Counted from the first letter of the stretch, positions 8,054-18,171 are shown. The stretch is 64,000 nucleotides of DNA from Patescibacteria group bacterium (GCA_016861085.1 BOKR01000001.1:515271-579270); one strand, 5' to 3'. Numbers and translations are program-made. The notes: generated from the letters alone by a model not told the origin.

Positions 8054-9141
8054 GTGGAGTCAATGATCTTTTGTTCCGTAAGTAATGCGTCAATAAAAAA
8101 TTTTGTTGCCCAATTTAGATATGCCAGCCTACAATATCCTTGGTTTTTCAGAATATCACCATATATAGGATCACTACCTGCAATTGCTCCGTTTATAGCT
8201 TTGAATGGCGATGCTATTAGTTGCTTAGTTTTGAGATATTTATTCATTTTTGAAGCGGCATATAAGAATTTCTTGTTCTTGGTGATTTTATATAATTCAA
8301 GCCACATTAAAGAAATTTGAGCGTCCCCAGTTAAACAGGAATATTTGTCTTGTGATTGCCAATTTGAGTCAAAAGATCCAGGTAGAAAATTGTGTTTTAG
8401 ATAATAATTCAAGAGTGGGACAGAACCTCTTAAAGCAATTTTTAAAAGTTGAGAGTTACTTAGTATCAGTCCGGACCAAAGAAAACCTTCTACTGCATAA
8501 GAAATAGTATGTGTATACGGTAGCTGTATGTTTGGTTGTGGAAGTTCATTTTTTGCAAACCACCCGTTTGGTAGTTGTTGACTTTTGGCCCATTCTAAAT
8601 TTTTAATTGCAGCTGTTTTAAATTTGTTTTTTCCAGATATTTGATAGACTTTAAGAATTCCCCATGCTACGCGAGTATGATATGTATGTGTTGTATTTCC
8701 GTATGTATTTTTTACCCATGATCCATCTTTTTCTTGAATTGAGAGCAAATATTCAGCAGCTGCAATGGCTGATTTTAGGTATTTTTTGTTATTAGTGAGC
8801 TCATATATGGCAGATATTCCAATTAGATCTTGTCCCATATTAAATACTACTACTGCATCATCATTCTTTTGTTTTGGTGTATAGAGTTTGTATGCTCCGT
8901 TTGGAAGTTGCATTTTTAGTAAAAAATCTGCCATTTTGATGGCACGTGATCTATATTGTGGATCTTTAAAGTATTCGTATGCATCTAGAAATGTATTGAT
9001 AATGTATCCAGTTGTTTCTATATATGATGGTTGCCAACCATTAAGCAATGAAAACCATGCAGAAACACCGCCGTCACCAGTTTTGTCTTGTGCAAGCATC
9101 AACCATGCAAGCGCAGCCTTAATATTCTTTTTGTTATTCAT
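8041..9141 (-). CDS. Alpha/alpha-toroid repeat protein with prenyltransferase/terpene-cyclase-like QxxDG[GS]W repeats
   Basis: Four spaced repeats: LAQDKTGDGGV, KMQLPNGAY, SIQEKDGSW, SQQLPNGWF. Aromatic-rich. No TM segments. Confidence 0.4.
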   Translation of the reverse strand: MNNKKNIKAALAWLMLAQDKTGDGGVSAWFSLLNGWQPSYIETTGYIINTFLDAYEYFKDPQYRSRAIKMADFLLKMQLPNGAYKLYTPKQKNDDAVVVFNMGQDLIGISAIYELTNNKKYLKSAIAAAEYLLSIQEKDGSWVKNTYGNTTHTYHTRVAWGILKVYQISGKNKFKTAAIKNLEWAKSQQLPNGWFAKNELPQPNIQLPYTHTISYAVEGFLWSGLILSNSQLLKIALRGSVPLLNYYLKHNFLPGSFDSNWQSQDKYSCLTGDAQISLMWLELYKITKNKKFLYAASKMNKYLKTKQLIASPFKAINGAIAGSDPIYGDILKNQGYCRLAYLNWATKFFIDALLTEQKIIDSTCKR

Positions 9142-9145
9142 GCTT

Positions 9146-10378
9146 TTATTCTTTTACTCCAAGTTGATAGAGTTTGATGTTTGTTTTTTTAAAGTCTGAA
9201 TTCAAAAACAAGTTTCTTGTATCATAAACAAAAATGATGTTTTGGTAGCGAGAAAAATCAATTCTTTTATACAAGTCATGATCAGTCAAAACTATTAGTA
9301 TATTTGATAATTTCAAAATGCTTTCTAATTCAAGAAAATCTTTGTTTTTAACAAAAGGATCATTTATTTTCACAGAATAATTTTTTGATAGCAACTCGAA
9401 TATTTTTTTACTTGGAGTTTCTCTTGAATCGTCAATATTTTTCTTGTATGCATAGCCAAGTAACCCTATTTTAGGTTTTTTTACTTTATTTTTTAGAATG
9501 AGGGAATCAATTTTTGCTTGTATTATTTGAGACATTTCTTTGTTTATAAGTAAACTTTTTTCTATCAAGCCTTGATTCTTAGATTCAGGGTCTATAAAAA
9601 ACCAAGGATCGATTGGTATACAATGACCACCTACCCCTGGCCCTGGTTGATGAATTGCAACTCTGGGGTGTTTATTTGAAAGATTGATTGCCTCCCAAAC
9701 ATTAAAATCTAGTTTCTGGGCTATTTGTGAGAACTCGTTTGCTAGTGCGATATTGACTGCTCTATATGTGTTTTCCATTACTTTACAGGCTGCTGCAGTT
9801 GTTGGGTCTGTTGAAAACAAATTACCTTTTACAAACTTTGAGTACAGTAAAGTAGTAGCTTCATTACTCAAAGCATCTATGCCACCAACTATTCTATCGT
9901 TATGAATCATTTCATATAAAGTATTCCCGGGTATTGCTCGTTCTGGACAGTGTGCAAATAAAAATGGTTTGTTCCATGCCTTTATTTTTGGAATTAAAAT
10001 ATCGACACAGTCTCTGGGTGCAATTGTTGATTCAATAATGATTAAATCATTATCTTGAAAAACTTCTCCTATCGAATCTAATGCAGATAAAACAAATTTT
10101 AATTCAGCTGTACCTTTTTTAGCAGGAGTTGGTACTGCTACAATGTATACATCAGAATGTTTTAGGGTTGTTGTTGGAGTAAAGGTTTGTTTTTTTAAAA
10201 CGTTTTTAAATAATGTATCGAGCCCTTTTTCTTCGAAAAACAATTTTTTATTTTTGAGTTTCTCTATTTTCTCAGAATCAATGTCGTAACCAGTTACAGC
10301 AATTCCGGCATTTGCTAAGAGTAACGCAGTTGGCAGACCAATATAACCAAGCCCAAGCATTGTTACTGATTGTTTCAT
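9146..10378 (-). CDS. wecC: UDP-sugar 6-dehydrogenase family, probably UDP-N-acetyl-D-mannosamine dehydrogenase
   Basis: N-terminal Rossmann motif LGLGYIGLPTALLLA. Family-typical length (410 aa). Lies immediately downstream of a UDP-GlcNAc 2-epimerase. Confidence 0.7.
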   Translation of the reverse strand: MKQSVTMLGLGYIGLPTALLLANAGIAVTGYDIDSEKIEKLKNKKLFFEEKGLDTLFKNVLKKQTFTPTTTLKHSDVYIVAVPTPAKKGTAELKFVLSALDSIGEVFQDNDLIIIESTIAPRDCVDILIPKIKAWNKPFLFAHCPERAIPGNTLYEMIHNDRIVGGIDALSNEATTLLYSKFVKGNLFSTDPTTAAACKVMENTYRAVNIALANEFSQIAQKLDFNVWEAINLSNKHPRVAIHQPGPGVGGHCIPIDPWFFIDPESKNQGLIEKSLLINKEMSQIIQAKIDSLILKNKVKKPKIGLLGYAYKKNIDDSRETPSKKIFELLSKNYSVKINDPFVKNKDFLELESILKLSNILIVLTDHDLYKRIDFSRYQNIIFVYDTRNLFLNSDFKKTNIKLYQLGVKE

Positions 10379-10380
10379 AT

Positions 10381-11445
10381 TTATTTCTCCAAAAGCTTTT
10401 CTACAATTATTTTACTTGCCGTTCCATCTCCAAAAGAGTTATTCCAATTTACGGTATTATTTTTAAAAGAATTCCACGCTGCGTTGAACTTGCGTTTACT
10501 GGTGTCTATTATAAAATTTGCTGTCAAAGTTTCTGGTCGTTCTGTTGAGTCACGAAGGGTAACGAGTGGTTTTTTAAGAACATATGCCTCTTCCTGGATG
10601 CCTCCGGAGTCCGTCATTATTAAACTCGCATTATTCAGCAAGGATAACATATCAATGTATCCTACTGGAGAAATGAGACTAATATTTTTGCTTGTACTTA
10701 TATTAAACTCCAAGAGTTTACTTTTTGTCCTTGGGTGTATTGGAAATAAAACTTTCTTGTTCAGTCTCATTGAGGCGTGTTCAACTAAGCTAATCAATTT
10801 AGATAATGATGCTTTTTTGTCGACATTTTCTGCTCTATGTGCTGTTAACAAAATATAAGTATCAGTATCAATTTTTAGTTTTTTGAGTAGTTTTGATTTT
10901 TCTGAGAGTTTAATGTGATCGTAAAGAGCGTCGACTACTGTATTACCGGTAACAGTAATTTGCTTTTTTTGTATTCCTTCATTGAGGAGGTTTTGTTTGG
11001 CAGTTTCTGTTGGTGCAAAGAGAAAGTCACTGATCCTATCAACAATAATTCTATTAATTTCTTCTGGCATCCTGTAATCAAAGCTTCTAAGTCCGGCTTC
11101 AATATGCCCAACTTTTATATGAAGCTTTTTGGCAGCTAGCGCACCTCCTAAGGTCGTATTTGTATCTCCGTGAACCAGAATAACTGATGGTTTGTGTTTT
11201 AAGCACAAAGCTTCAACACCCTCCATAATTTTTCCTGTTTGTGTTGCATGTGTAGCACTTCCAACATTAAGGTTATAGTCAGGTCGTTTTAGCTTTAAGT
11301 CCTTTAAGATGATTCTATCCATATCATAAGAATAATGTTGATTAGAGTGAATAAAAATATGAGGAGTTTTACCTTGCTGCAGTCTTCTTAAAATTGGTGC
11401 TACTTTAATTAGTTCCGGCCTAGTTCCTACAAGTACTGCTATCAT
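10381..11445 (-). CDS. wecB: Non-hydrolysing UDP-N-acetylglucosamine 2-epimerase
   Basis: LVGTRPELIKVAPIL near the N-terminus, HGDTNTTLGGALAA, and a C-terminal DSGGIQEE motif. Start set at the ATGA overlap (11445); the ORF track extends to 11475. Confidence 0.8.
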   Translation of the reverse strand: MIAVLVGTRPELIKVAPILRRLQQGKTPHIFIHSNQHYSYDMDRIILKDLKLKRPDYNLNVGSATHATQTGKIMEGVEALCLKHKPSVILVHGDTNTTLGGALAAKKLHIKVGHIEAGLRSFDYRMPEEINRIIVDRISDFLFAPTETAKQNLLNEGIQKKQITVTGNTVVDALYDHIKLSEKSKLLKKLKIDTDTYILLTAHRAENVDKKASLSKLISLVEHASMRLNKKVLFPIHPRTKSKLLEFNISTSKNISLISPVGYIDMLSLLNNASLIMTDSGGIQEEAYVLKKPLVTLRDSTERPETLTANFIIDTSKRKFNAAWNSFKNNTVNWNNSFGDGTASKIIVEKLLEK

Positions 11446-12608
11446 AATAAATACTTTTTGGCTACTTTTTGCCAAGATAGGTTATTTTCTACTAATTCTC
11501 TACCATTTTTACCCATTTTTTTTCTTTGGTCAGAGTTTAAATATAGATATTCAATCTTTTTAGATAAATCTATAGAATCCCCTTTTTTATATAGTAAAGC
11601 ATTGTTGTTACTTAACCGTTCTTTAACACCAGCAGTGTGATTCACGATATATGGAAGCGAGCAAGCCGCTGCATCATTCATCGAAAGAGATTCTTGAAGT
11701 GGCCAAACAGCTACATCGCTTGCACTATAATATGCCGGAAGTTTTTTATAATTCTTGAACTCTTCCCAAATAATCTTCATTTTTGTATTTTCTGTGGCAA
11801 TATTCAAGCATGTTTCTTTATATTCGAGCGGACCACTTCCGACAAGTAGTAAATAAACATTTTTGTATTTTAAACACAGATTTTCAAATGCTTTAATCAG
11901 AATATCAATTCCCTTACTTTCAATAATCTTTCCGGTATAAATAATAAGAAAATCTTTTTCATTTATATTGTAGTGTTTTCTCACTTTTGTTCTAAGTAAT
12001 GGATCAAAGTGAAAAAGTTCTGTATTAGTTCCGTGTGAGGCTAAAACAATTTTTTTATTTAAACCATAGTACTTCTTAATAACACCTTTTGTTCCCTCTT
12101 GCACCGCAATAATTTTATCTATCTTTTTGTTAATCAAATTTGAAAATAATAACCTGAAAACGAAGTAGAAAGCTTTTTTTAATACTACTTGTGAAGAAAA
12201 CAATTCAGAGGGCAAATGACTATCCACACCTACAAATTTAAAGTTACTGTTATTCTTAAATAGTGAAACTTGAATACTAGCAGGTGTAGTCAATCCAAAA
12301 ACAATAACATAGTTGGGACGAAAAGATTTTATTTTTTGATAAATTCCAAAGAATCCTGACCTTGCAAAAAATTCGAAGTAAACTTTTTGACGAGTAACAA
12401 AAATGCCGTTTTCTTTTTTCTTGCTGGTACCAACTAGTCTAGTTCCTAAGACACTCTGTACGGTCTTTTCATAGTTTGGAAATGGAAAGTATCTGTCTCC
12501 GGTGATTACTTCAACACTATGACCAAGACTTAAAAGTGCCCGAGCTATCTCAGACTCTGCGTAAGATAGTTTTGGTTGAAAATAGTTGCATACTAAAAGT
12601 ATTTTCAT
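11442..12608 (-). CDS. GT4-family (GT-B) glycosyltransferase
   Basis: 388 aa soluble GT-B with the C-terminal nucleotide-sugar-binding region (...SDVAVWPLQESLSMNDAAACSLPYIV...). Confidence 0.65.
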   Translation of the reverse strand: MKILLVCNYFQPKLSYAESEIARALLSLGHSVEVITGDRYFPFPNYEKTVQSVLGTRLVGTSKKKENGIFVTRQKVYFEFFARSGFFGIYQKIKSFRPNYVIVFGLTTPASIQVSLFKNNSNFKFVGVDSHLPSELFSSQVVLKKAFYFVFRLLFSNLINKKIDKIIAVQEGTKGVIKKYYGLNKKIVLASHGTNTELFHFDPLLRTKVRKHYNINEKDFLIIYTGKIIESKGIDILIKAFENLCLKYKNVYLLLVGSGPLEYKETCLNIATENTKMKIIWEEFKNYKKLPAYYSASDVAVWPLQESLSMNDAAACSLPYIVNHTAGVKERLSNNNALLYKKGDSIDLSKKIEYLYLNSDQRKKMGKNGRELVENNLSWQKVAKKYLL

Positions 12609-13282
12609 TTTTTTATAAAAGTGAAGTTGTAATACTCTTTCTTTACTAATTTGTAACCACTGCCAGTTAACTTTTTTACCATGCTATACATCCTTTTTAA
12701 GGATGCAGGCTGATCAAATTCAACACATATAATGTTAGGGTAAATCTTATCATTTAGCATTTTTTTCAAAACTGCATACTCTGCTCCCTCTATATCTATC
12801 TTTAATAGGTCAATTTTGCTGTGTTTGAGTTTTTGCATTATTAATTTGAGAGTTACACAATTTGCTTCAAAGAACTCATTTGTTTTGTGTAGATTAACTA
12901 TAGAGTGTGAAACATGGTTCTTATTTGCTGGTGTAAAAAATTTTTTCTTTGTACTATTTTTCCATAGTCCAAATGGAATAAAAATAAAGCGATCATCCTT
13001 AACATTCTTGCTGACATATTCTATCGATCTTGGTGTAGGATCAAAAGCAAACACCTTTACATTAAACTTTTTTATTAGCTCGAGATCGAAACTCACATCT
13101 TCGCCAACCCCACCTGAGTAACAAATTGAATTCTCATTTAAAATATTCCGAGGAATCCACCAAGATGCGCCAGAATTGCCAAATTTCTGACATACTATTT
13201 TTCTATCGGTAATAAAAAAAAAGATACCTTCACTCAAGACCAACTTTGAATAGTATACTAATTTTTTAAAAATGCTTTTCAT
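12605..13282 (-). CDS. FkbM-family methyltransferase (second copy)
   Basis: YSGGVGEDVSFDL...VFAFDPTP and LKIDIEGAEY motifs. Confidence 0.7.
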   Translation of the reverse strand: MKSIFKKLVYYSKLVLSEGIFFFITDRKIVCQKFGNSGASWWIPRNILNENSICYSGGVGEDVSFDLELIKKFNVKVFAFDPTPRSIEYVSKNVKDDRFIFIPFGLWKNSTKKKFFTPANKNHVSHSIVNLHKTNEFFEANCVTLKLIMQKLKHSKIDLLKIDIEGAEYAVLKKMLNDKIYPNIICVEFDQPASLKRMYSMVKKLTGSGYKLVKKEYYNFTFIKK

Positions 13283-14411
13283 ATAGCTTTTCGTATTTTT
13301 TTGCCATTACTTTTGTAGTATAGCTTGTATTTACAAGTCTTTTTGCATCTTCCTTCATTTTATTAAGCAATCCTTTATTTTTTACAACAAGTTTAAATAA
13401 ATGAGAGAGTTCTTTTTCTAACTTTGAAACCCGAACTATAAATCCGGCATTTTTATTCTCAACTTCGGGAAAATTACATCCGTCACTAATTACAACCGGA
13501 ACGCCTTCTCGCATTGATTCCAGTATGCTTATTGAAAAGCCTTCAGCATATGAAGGATGAATAAATAAATCTGAAATTTTGTAGAGTTCTTTTTTTTCTT
13601 TTTCGCCCACAAAACCTAAAAAATAAACATCTTTTATATCTAAGTTTGCAATGATTGTTTCAAGTTCAGTTTTTCCTCCATCATCAGGTCCAGCTATAAT
13701 AAATTGTGCGTTGATTCTAGATTTCTTCAGAGCTAGTAATGATTCTTTTAAACCTTTTTGTTGGTGGATTTTTCCGATGTACAGTAATGTTATTTTATCT
13801 TTATTTTTTAAAGCTGAAAACTTTTGAGTAGGCTCTACCGATAGTTTCGAAACACCATTATATATGGTAACAATATTATTTAAGCCAAGTTGCTTGAGAT
13901 CATACGCTTCCTTTTGAGAAACAGCTATTACTTGTGTAGCTTTTTTCAAAAAATATATAGAAACTGGAAGCAGTGCTTTCTTAATAGCTGTTTTTTTCTT
14001 CAATCTGAGTGGATCCAAAACTCCGTGAGGAGTCCAAAAAAGTGGTTTTTTGAGAATTATAGAAAGCAATGCTATTAGAAGCTGAGGTATGATAAATACA
14101 TCATGGATATGAACCACATCATATGTCTTGTTATTCTTTATAAAATCAAATACCATGCCGAATCCGGTAAAAAATCTAATTTTAAAAGCTAATGCGTTGA
14201 AAGTATTTCTAAAATATTTCACATGAAAATTATGAGTTGAATTTATTTTTTCTGACTTCAGAATTCTTCTTACTTGATCCCAAACGTCAGTTGTATATAT
14301 TGTCACTGAATTTCTTGATGATAATTGTTTACTCAAATCATAAACCATTTGAGCTGGACCACCATAAGTAAGAGCTGGATAGAGGTAAGAACAAACTTGC
14401 AAAATTCTCAT
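13266..14411 (-). CDS. GT4-family glycosyltransferase
   Basis: PSYAEGFSISILESMREGVPVVISD (the E-x7-E-like motif region of GT4). Confidence 0.75.
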   Translation of the reverse strand: MRILQVCSYLYPALTYGGPAQMVYDLSKQLSSRNSVTIYTTDVWDQVRRILKSEKINSTHNFHVKYFRNTFNALAFKIRFFTGFGMVFDFIKNNKTYDVVHIHDVFIIPQLLIALLSIILKKPLFWTPHGVLDPLRLKKKTAIKKALLPVSIYFLKKATQVIAVSQKEAYDLKQLGLNNIVTIYNGVSKLSVEPTQKFSALKNKDKITLLYIGKIHQQKGLKESLLALKKSRINAQFIIAGPDDGGKTELETIIANLDIKDVYFLGFVGEKEKKELYKISDLFIHPSYAEGFSISILESMREGVPVVISDGCNFPEVENKNAGFIVRVSKLEKELSHLFKLVVKNKGLLNKMKEDAKRLVNTSYTTKVMAKKYEKLYEKHF

Positions 14412-15451
14412 ACAATCTTTTCAATGATTATAAAGTAGATATGAAGAATTGGATTGACAACGTATTTGATAAGAGGGTTTGAAAATTTCTCGAATGTTAT
14501 GGCTGATTCGAATTGTTTAAAAATAGTGGAATCAGCAACTTTCCTCTTACTTTGTATAAATGACCTTTTTTCTACTATATGCTTGTAACTTTTTAGAATA
14601 CTCATATATGTTCTCAATTTAGTTGTACCCCATCTATCAAAGAAAGCAAATATGAGCATTCCCAACTCCATAAATATAAACATTGGGAGTAACAACAAAA
14701 GAGTTTTGATTGAGTAATTTTTTAAGATAGTTACTATTCGATTTCGCTCAATATAAAACAGTTTTTTTTGTAACGGTTGATATGTTTCCTTTGGAATGTA
14801 TTTATAATCGTGAAATAAAATACTCTTCGGTGCGAAAACCATTTTTTTATCGAGTAAATTGAATTTCCAAGATAAATCACTGTCTTCATAATACATAAAA
14901 TAGAATTCATCAAATCCACCAGCCTCAAGAAAGTCTTTCTTGTTTAGCAACACTCCAGAACCACTCAGTGAAAACAATTCACTTTTTTTGGGAATTCTAA
15001 CTTGATTAAAATCACGAAGCCAATCAAACCCTAAATAATGGGTTACTTTTCCAGTTAAATTAATAGTTTTTTTATCAAATAAATACACTAATGGTTGTAC
15101 AGCAGCAATATTTTTTTCATTTATCTCGTTTACTAATGGAGTTAAGAAATTTTTGTCAACAATTGTGTCAGGATTTATAACAAAAAATAGATCACCACGT
15201 GCCATAGCTATTGCTGCATTGTTCGCCTTAGCATATCCTAGATTTTGTGAATTAAAACTTACAACACTTTTATTGGGAAATTTTTTTTGATATTTCAGAA
15301 TAATTTTTTTTGTATTATCACTTGAATTATTGTCAACAATAATAACCTCGAACTGAGGATAGATATTAGAATAAAGCGACACCAAACAAGCTTCTAAATA
15401 TTCTTCAGAGTTATAAGTAACCAAAATAATTGAAACTAAAGGGCTTTTCAT
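14408..15451 (-). CDS. GT2-family glycosyltransferase (rhamnosyltransferase-like, with C-terminal extension)
   Basis: VSIILVTYNSEEYL, IIVDNNSSDNT. Start set at the ATGA overlap with the upstream epimerase stop; the ORF track start is 15475. Confidence 0.7.
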   Translation of the reverse strand: MKSPLVSIILVTYNSEEYLEACLVSLYSNIYPQFEVIIVDNNSSDNTKKIILKYQKKFPNKSVVSFNSQNLGYAKANNAAIAMARGDLFFVINPDTIVDKNFLTPLVNEINEKNIAAVQPLVYLFDKKTINLTGKVTHYLGFDWLRDFNQVRIPKKSELFSLSGSGVLLNKKDFLEAGGFDEFYFMYYEDSDLSWKFNLLDKKMVFAPKSILFHDYKYIPKETYQPLQKKLFYIERNRIVTILKNYSIKTLLLLLPMFIFMELGMLIFAFFDRWGTTKLRTYMSILKSYKHIVEKRSFIQSKRKVADSTIFKQFESAITFEKFSNPLIKYVVNPILHIYFIIIEKIV

Positions 15452-16458
15452 AGAAAACCGTTTTCTATATACCATTCACCCACAATTTTTGAGCCTTCTT
15501 TAAATGACACCTTTGGTTTGTATTCTAATTCTTTTTTTGCTTTAGAAATATTATAGTAATAAGTTGTAGTCATTGTTTTCACTCTAGAGGGAAATAATGG
15601 TAGCGTTTTCCCAGTTGCCCTTGTAAGGATCTGAAAAATATATGCTATACATAATGCTAGTGGTTTAGAAATACAGAGCTTGGGCACTGGTTTCCCAATG
15701 CTTTGCGCCACGTACTTTACTACATCTTTGAATTGGGTTGGATTAGGTCCTGCAATAATGTACTCTCCCGATGATCTTTTAGAAGCACCAGCTAAATATG
15801 TTGCAACTACCAGATCTCTGACAAATACATAATGCATTTTGTTGCTACCATTTCCGATCATTAGAAACTGTCCTGATTTAACAGCCTTATACAGCGCTAG
15901 AGTTGGGCCTTTTTCTCTTGGTCCATAGACACTGGCAGGACGGATAATTGCATATGCTAAACCATATTTTTTGTGAGCTGCTCTTACTGCTTTTTCTGCT
16001 TCCCATTTTGATCTACCATAAAAATTGGTATATGAAGGTTCATGAGTTTCATCCCAATTAACAATGTCACCGATACCTGCTGGCAGCCCATGAACTCCAA
16101 TACTACTATAGTTGATAAATTTCTTAAAATTTTTATTTTTTACAGCTTGAGTAAGTAGGTTCTTTGTCCCTTGTACATTTACATCTTCATATTCAGCATA
16201 CGTTTTGCCATCAAAATCAATTCGGGCAGCAAGATGATACACAGTCGTGACAGTTTCCATTGCTTTTGCAACATCCTTTTTATTTCTGATATCGCCAACT
16301 ATAATGTCAAAATTCCTTTTGGGTAAATTCTCAAGAGATTCTCCAGTTTTTATGAAAAGACGAAGACTAGATATCGGAATTTTTTTTTCGAGGAGATACT
16401 CAACTAAATGAGAGCCAATAAACCCAGCGGCACCAGTAACAAGTATCTTTTCTTTCAT
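15448..16458 (-). CDS. NAD-dependent epimerase/dehydratase (extended SDR) acting on a nucleotide sugar
   Basis: ILVTGAAGFIGSHLVEYLL glycine-rich NAD motif. YxxxK region present (YGRSKWEAE). Confidence 0.75.
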   Translation of the reverse strand: MKEKILVTGAAGFIGSHLVEYLLEKKIPISSLRLFIKTGESLENLPKRNFDIIVGDIRNKKDVAKAMETVTTVYHLAARIDFDGKTYAEYEDVNVQGTKNLLTQAVKNKNFKKFINYSSIGVHGLPAGIGDIVNWDETHEPSYTNFYGRSKWEAEKAVRAAHKKYGLAYAIIRPASVYGPREKGPTLALYKAVKSGQFLMIGNGSNKMHYVFVRDLVVATYLAGASKRSSGEYIIAGPNPTQFKDVVKYVAQSIGKPVPKLCISKPLALCIAYIFQILTRATGKTLPLFPSRVKTMTTTYYYNISKAKKELEYKPKVSFKEGSKIVGEWYIENGFL

Positions 16459-16461
16459 GAA

Positions 16462-17208
16462 TCAACTCTCTAAATTATATTTTAGAATTGCCCACACAGC
16501 CCTAAACGCATCTTTTAATCCGATTTTTTTACCATCCTCATATGTACGACCATGATAAGATATTCCAACTTCATAAATTCGAGCTTTTAATTTGGAGACT
16601 TTTGCTGTAACTTCTGGCTCAATACCAAAAGAGTTCTCTTTTATTTCAATCGACTGAATAATTTCTCTTCTAAAAACTTTGTAACAGGTTTCCATGTCAG
16701 TCATATTTAAGTTAGTAAACATATTTGAAAGAAGAGTAAGTAATGTATTTGCTGCATAATGCCAAAAATATACAACTCTATGAGCCTCTGATCCCATAAA
16801 TCGAGAACCATACACCACATCAGCTCTGCCTTCAAGAATTGGTTGAATAAGTTTTTTGTACTCCTTTGGGTCATACTCCAAATCTGCATCTTGAATGATT
16901 ACAATGTCACCGGTAGCTCTTGAAATGCCCTCACGAAGTGCTGATCCCTTACCACCGTTTTTATCTTTAAGGACTAAAACATCAATCGTACTTTTTATTT
17001 TTTCTAAAAGTTTTCGAGTGCTATCAGTGGATTTGTCATCAACCACAATCAATTCAAGCGATGAAATCCCACTATTTCTTACTTGCTTAATGATCTCAAC
17101 TATAGTTGCCTCTTCGTTGTACACCGGCATAACCACAGAGAGAAGTGGTTTTATTTTTTTTGTTTTAGTTTGCTTTTTTACGTTCATCAATCGCCTGCTT
17201 TCTAACAA
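16462..17208 (-). CDS. GT2 polyprenol-phosphate sugar synthase (DPM1/GtrB/CsbB-like)
   Basis: [32 protein letters not shown] are signature motifs of the Dpm1/GtrB clade. Start uncertain (17208 or 17187). Confidence 0.7.
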   Translation of the reverse strand: MLESRRLMNVKKQTKTKKIKPLLSVVMPVYNEEATIVEIIKQVRNSGISSLELIVVDDKSTDSTRKLLEKIKSTIDVLVLKDKNGGKGSALREGISRATGDIVIIQDADLEYDPKEYKKLIQPILEGRADVVYGSRFMGSEAHRVVYFWHYAANTLLTLLSNMFTNLNMTDMETCYKVFRREIIQSIEIKENSFGIEPEVTAKVSKLKARIYEVGISYHGRTYEDGKKIGLKDAFRAVWAILKYNLES

Positions 17209-17500
17209 ATTCCTCTAATTTCTTTTGATTTTCTTTTTGCATGAAATAACTTAAAACCACAAGTACTGTGAGTACCATTAGCGCCAAAACTAATAATAAA
17301 TCAAAAACTCTTTGAAAACTAAGTCGCTGTGTAATTCCAGTTAGGAGATCTGGGAATAATGCTATTATGACAAATAAACCCCACATAGAATACCAAAAGG
17401 ACATTTCAATTAAAGACAGTTTTGATTTGTTTTTGTGAATGGACACCACATACATCATGAATAGAGCAAATAACGTCGCACCAATTTGAAATATACTCAT
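17165..17500 (-). CDS. DUF2304-like small membrane protein (2-3 TM segments) that typically accompanies GtrB-like GT2 enzymes
   Basis: Two hydrophobic helices followed by a charged C-terminus. ATGA overlap with the next GT2 gene. Confidence 0.5.
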   Translation of the reverse strand: MSIFQIGATLFALFMMYVVSIHKNKSKLSLIEMSFWYSMWGLFVIIALFPDLLTGITQRLSFQRVFDLLLVLALMVLTVLVVLSYFMQKENQKKLEEFVRKQAIDERKKAN

Positions 17501-18171
17501 AATGATATTCTCCAACTCAATATCTTTGTTATCATACGCACAGTATCCAAAATTGTCATCCCCCGCTCTAAATCATGATATATCGTTTTTATTGGGATCG
17601 TACTAAAGGGCATTTTATATTTTGCTGTTCTTGCAGCTATTTCCATTTCAACTGCATAATCTTGAGAATTCCATGCTAATTTTTTGTAGGCATGTTTTGA
17701 AATTGCTTTATAGCCACTTGGAATATCAGGAATATACTCACCAAATAAAAAGTAGATTACAGCAGAAGCAAGTCTATTCATCATAATTCTAACTAATGGC
17801 ATCTTGTCATCAAATGCTCTCACACCAAATACTACGTCTGATGATTCTAGTGCCTTATAAAAGAGCGAGAGTTCTTCTGGATCATGTTGATCATCACTAT
17901 CCATAAAAATAACTGCATCAGCTTTGAGTGTTTTAAAAGCATATTCGCAGCCAGTTTTAAGTGCAGCTCCTTTTCCAAGGTTAATAGAGTGGCATAACAC
18001 ATGCGGAGTTAGTTTTTGTGCTATTATTGCCATTTTGTCTTGAGACCCATCATCAACAACAATAATATTTTTGGATTGCTTTAGAACCTTTTTTAGAACG
18101 GTGGAAATATATTTTTCCTCATTTAATCCTGGAATAATAATCCAGACGTTATCTTTGAGCTGCTTACTCAT
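17497..18171 (-). CDS. GT2 polyprenol-phosphate sugar synthase (GtrB/ArnC-like), second copy
   Basis: IIIPGLNEEKYI, VVDDGSQD, FMDSDDQHDP motifs. 224 aa soluble-type. Confidence 0.7.
   Translation of the reverse strand: MSKQLKDNVWIIIPGLNEEKYISTVLKKVLKQSKNIIVVDDGSQDKMAIIAQKLTPHVLCHSINLGKGAALKTGCEYAFKTLKADAVIFMDSDDQHDPEELSLFYKALESSDVVFGVRAFDDKMPLVRIMMNRLASAVIYFLFGEYIPDIPSGYKAISKHAYKKLAWNSQDYAVEMEIAARTAKYKMPFSTIPIKTIYHDLERGMTILDTVRMITKILSWRISL

Noticed and set aside
7653-10858. Several 60-160-aa ORFs (7653-7880, 8036-8320, 8888-9199, 9684-9905, 10312-10548, 10370-10858)
   Set aside because: All are alternate-frame or antisense to well-supported genes (FkbM methyltransferase, toroid protein, wecC, wecB). 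They are AT-rich frame artefacts.
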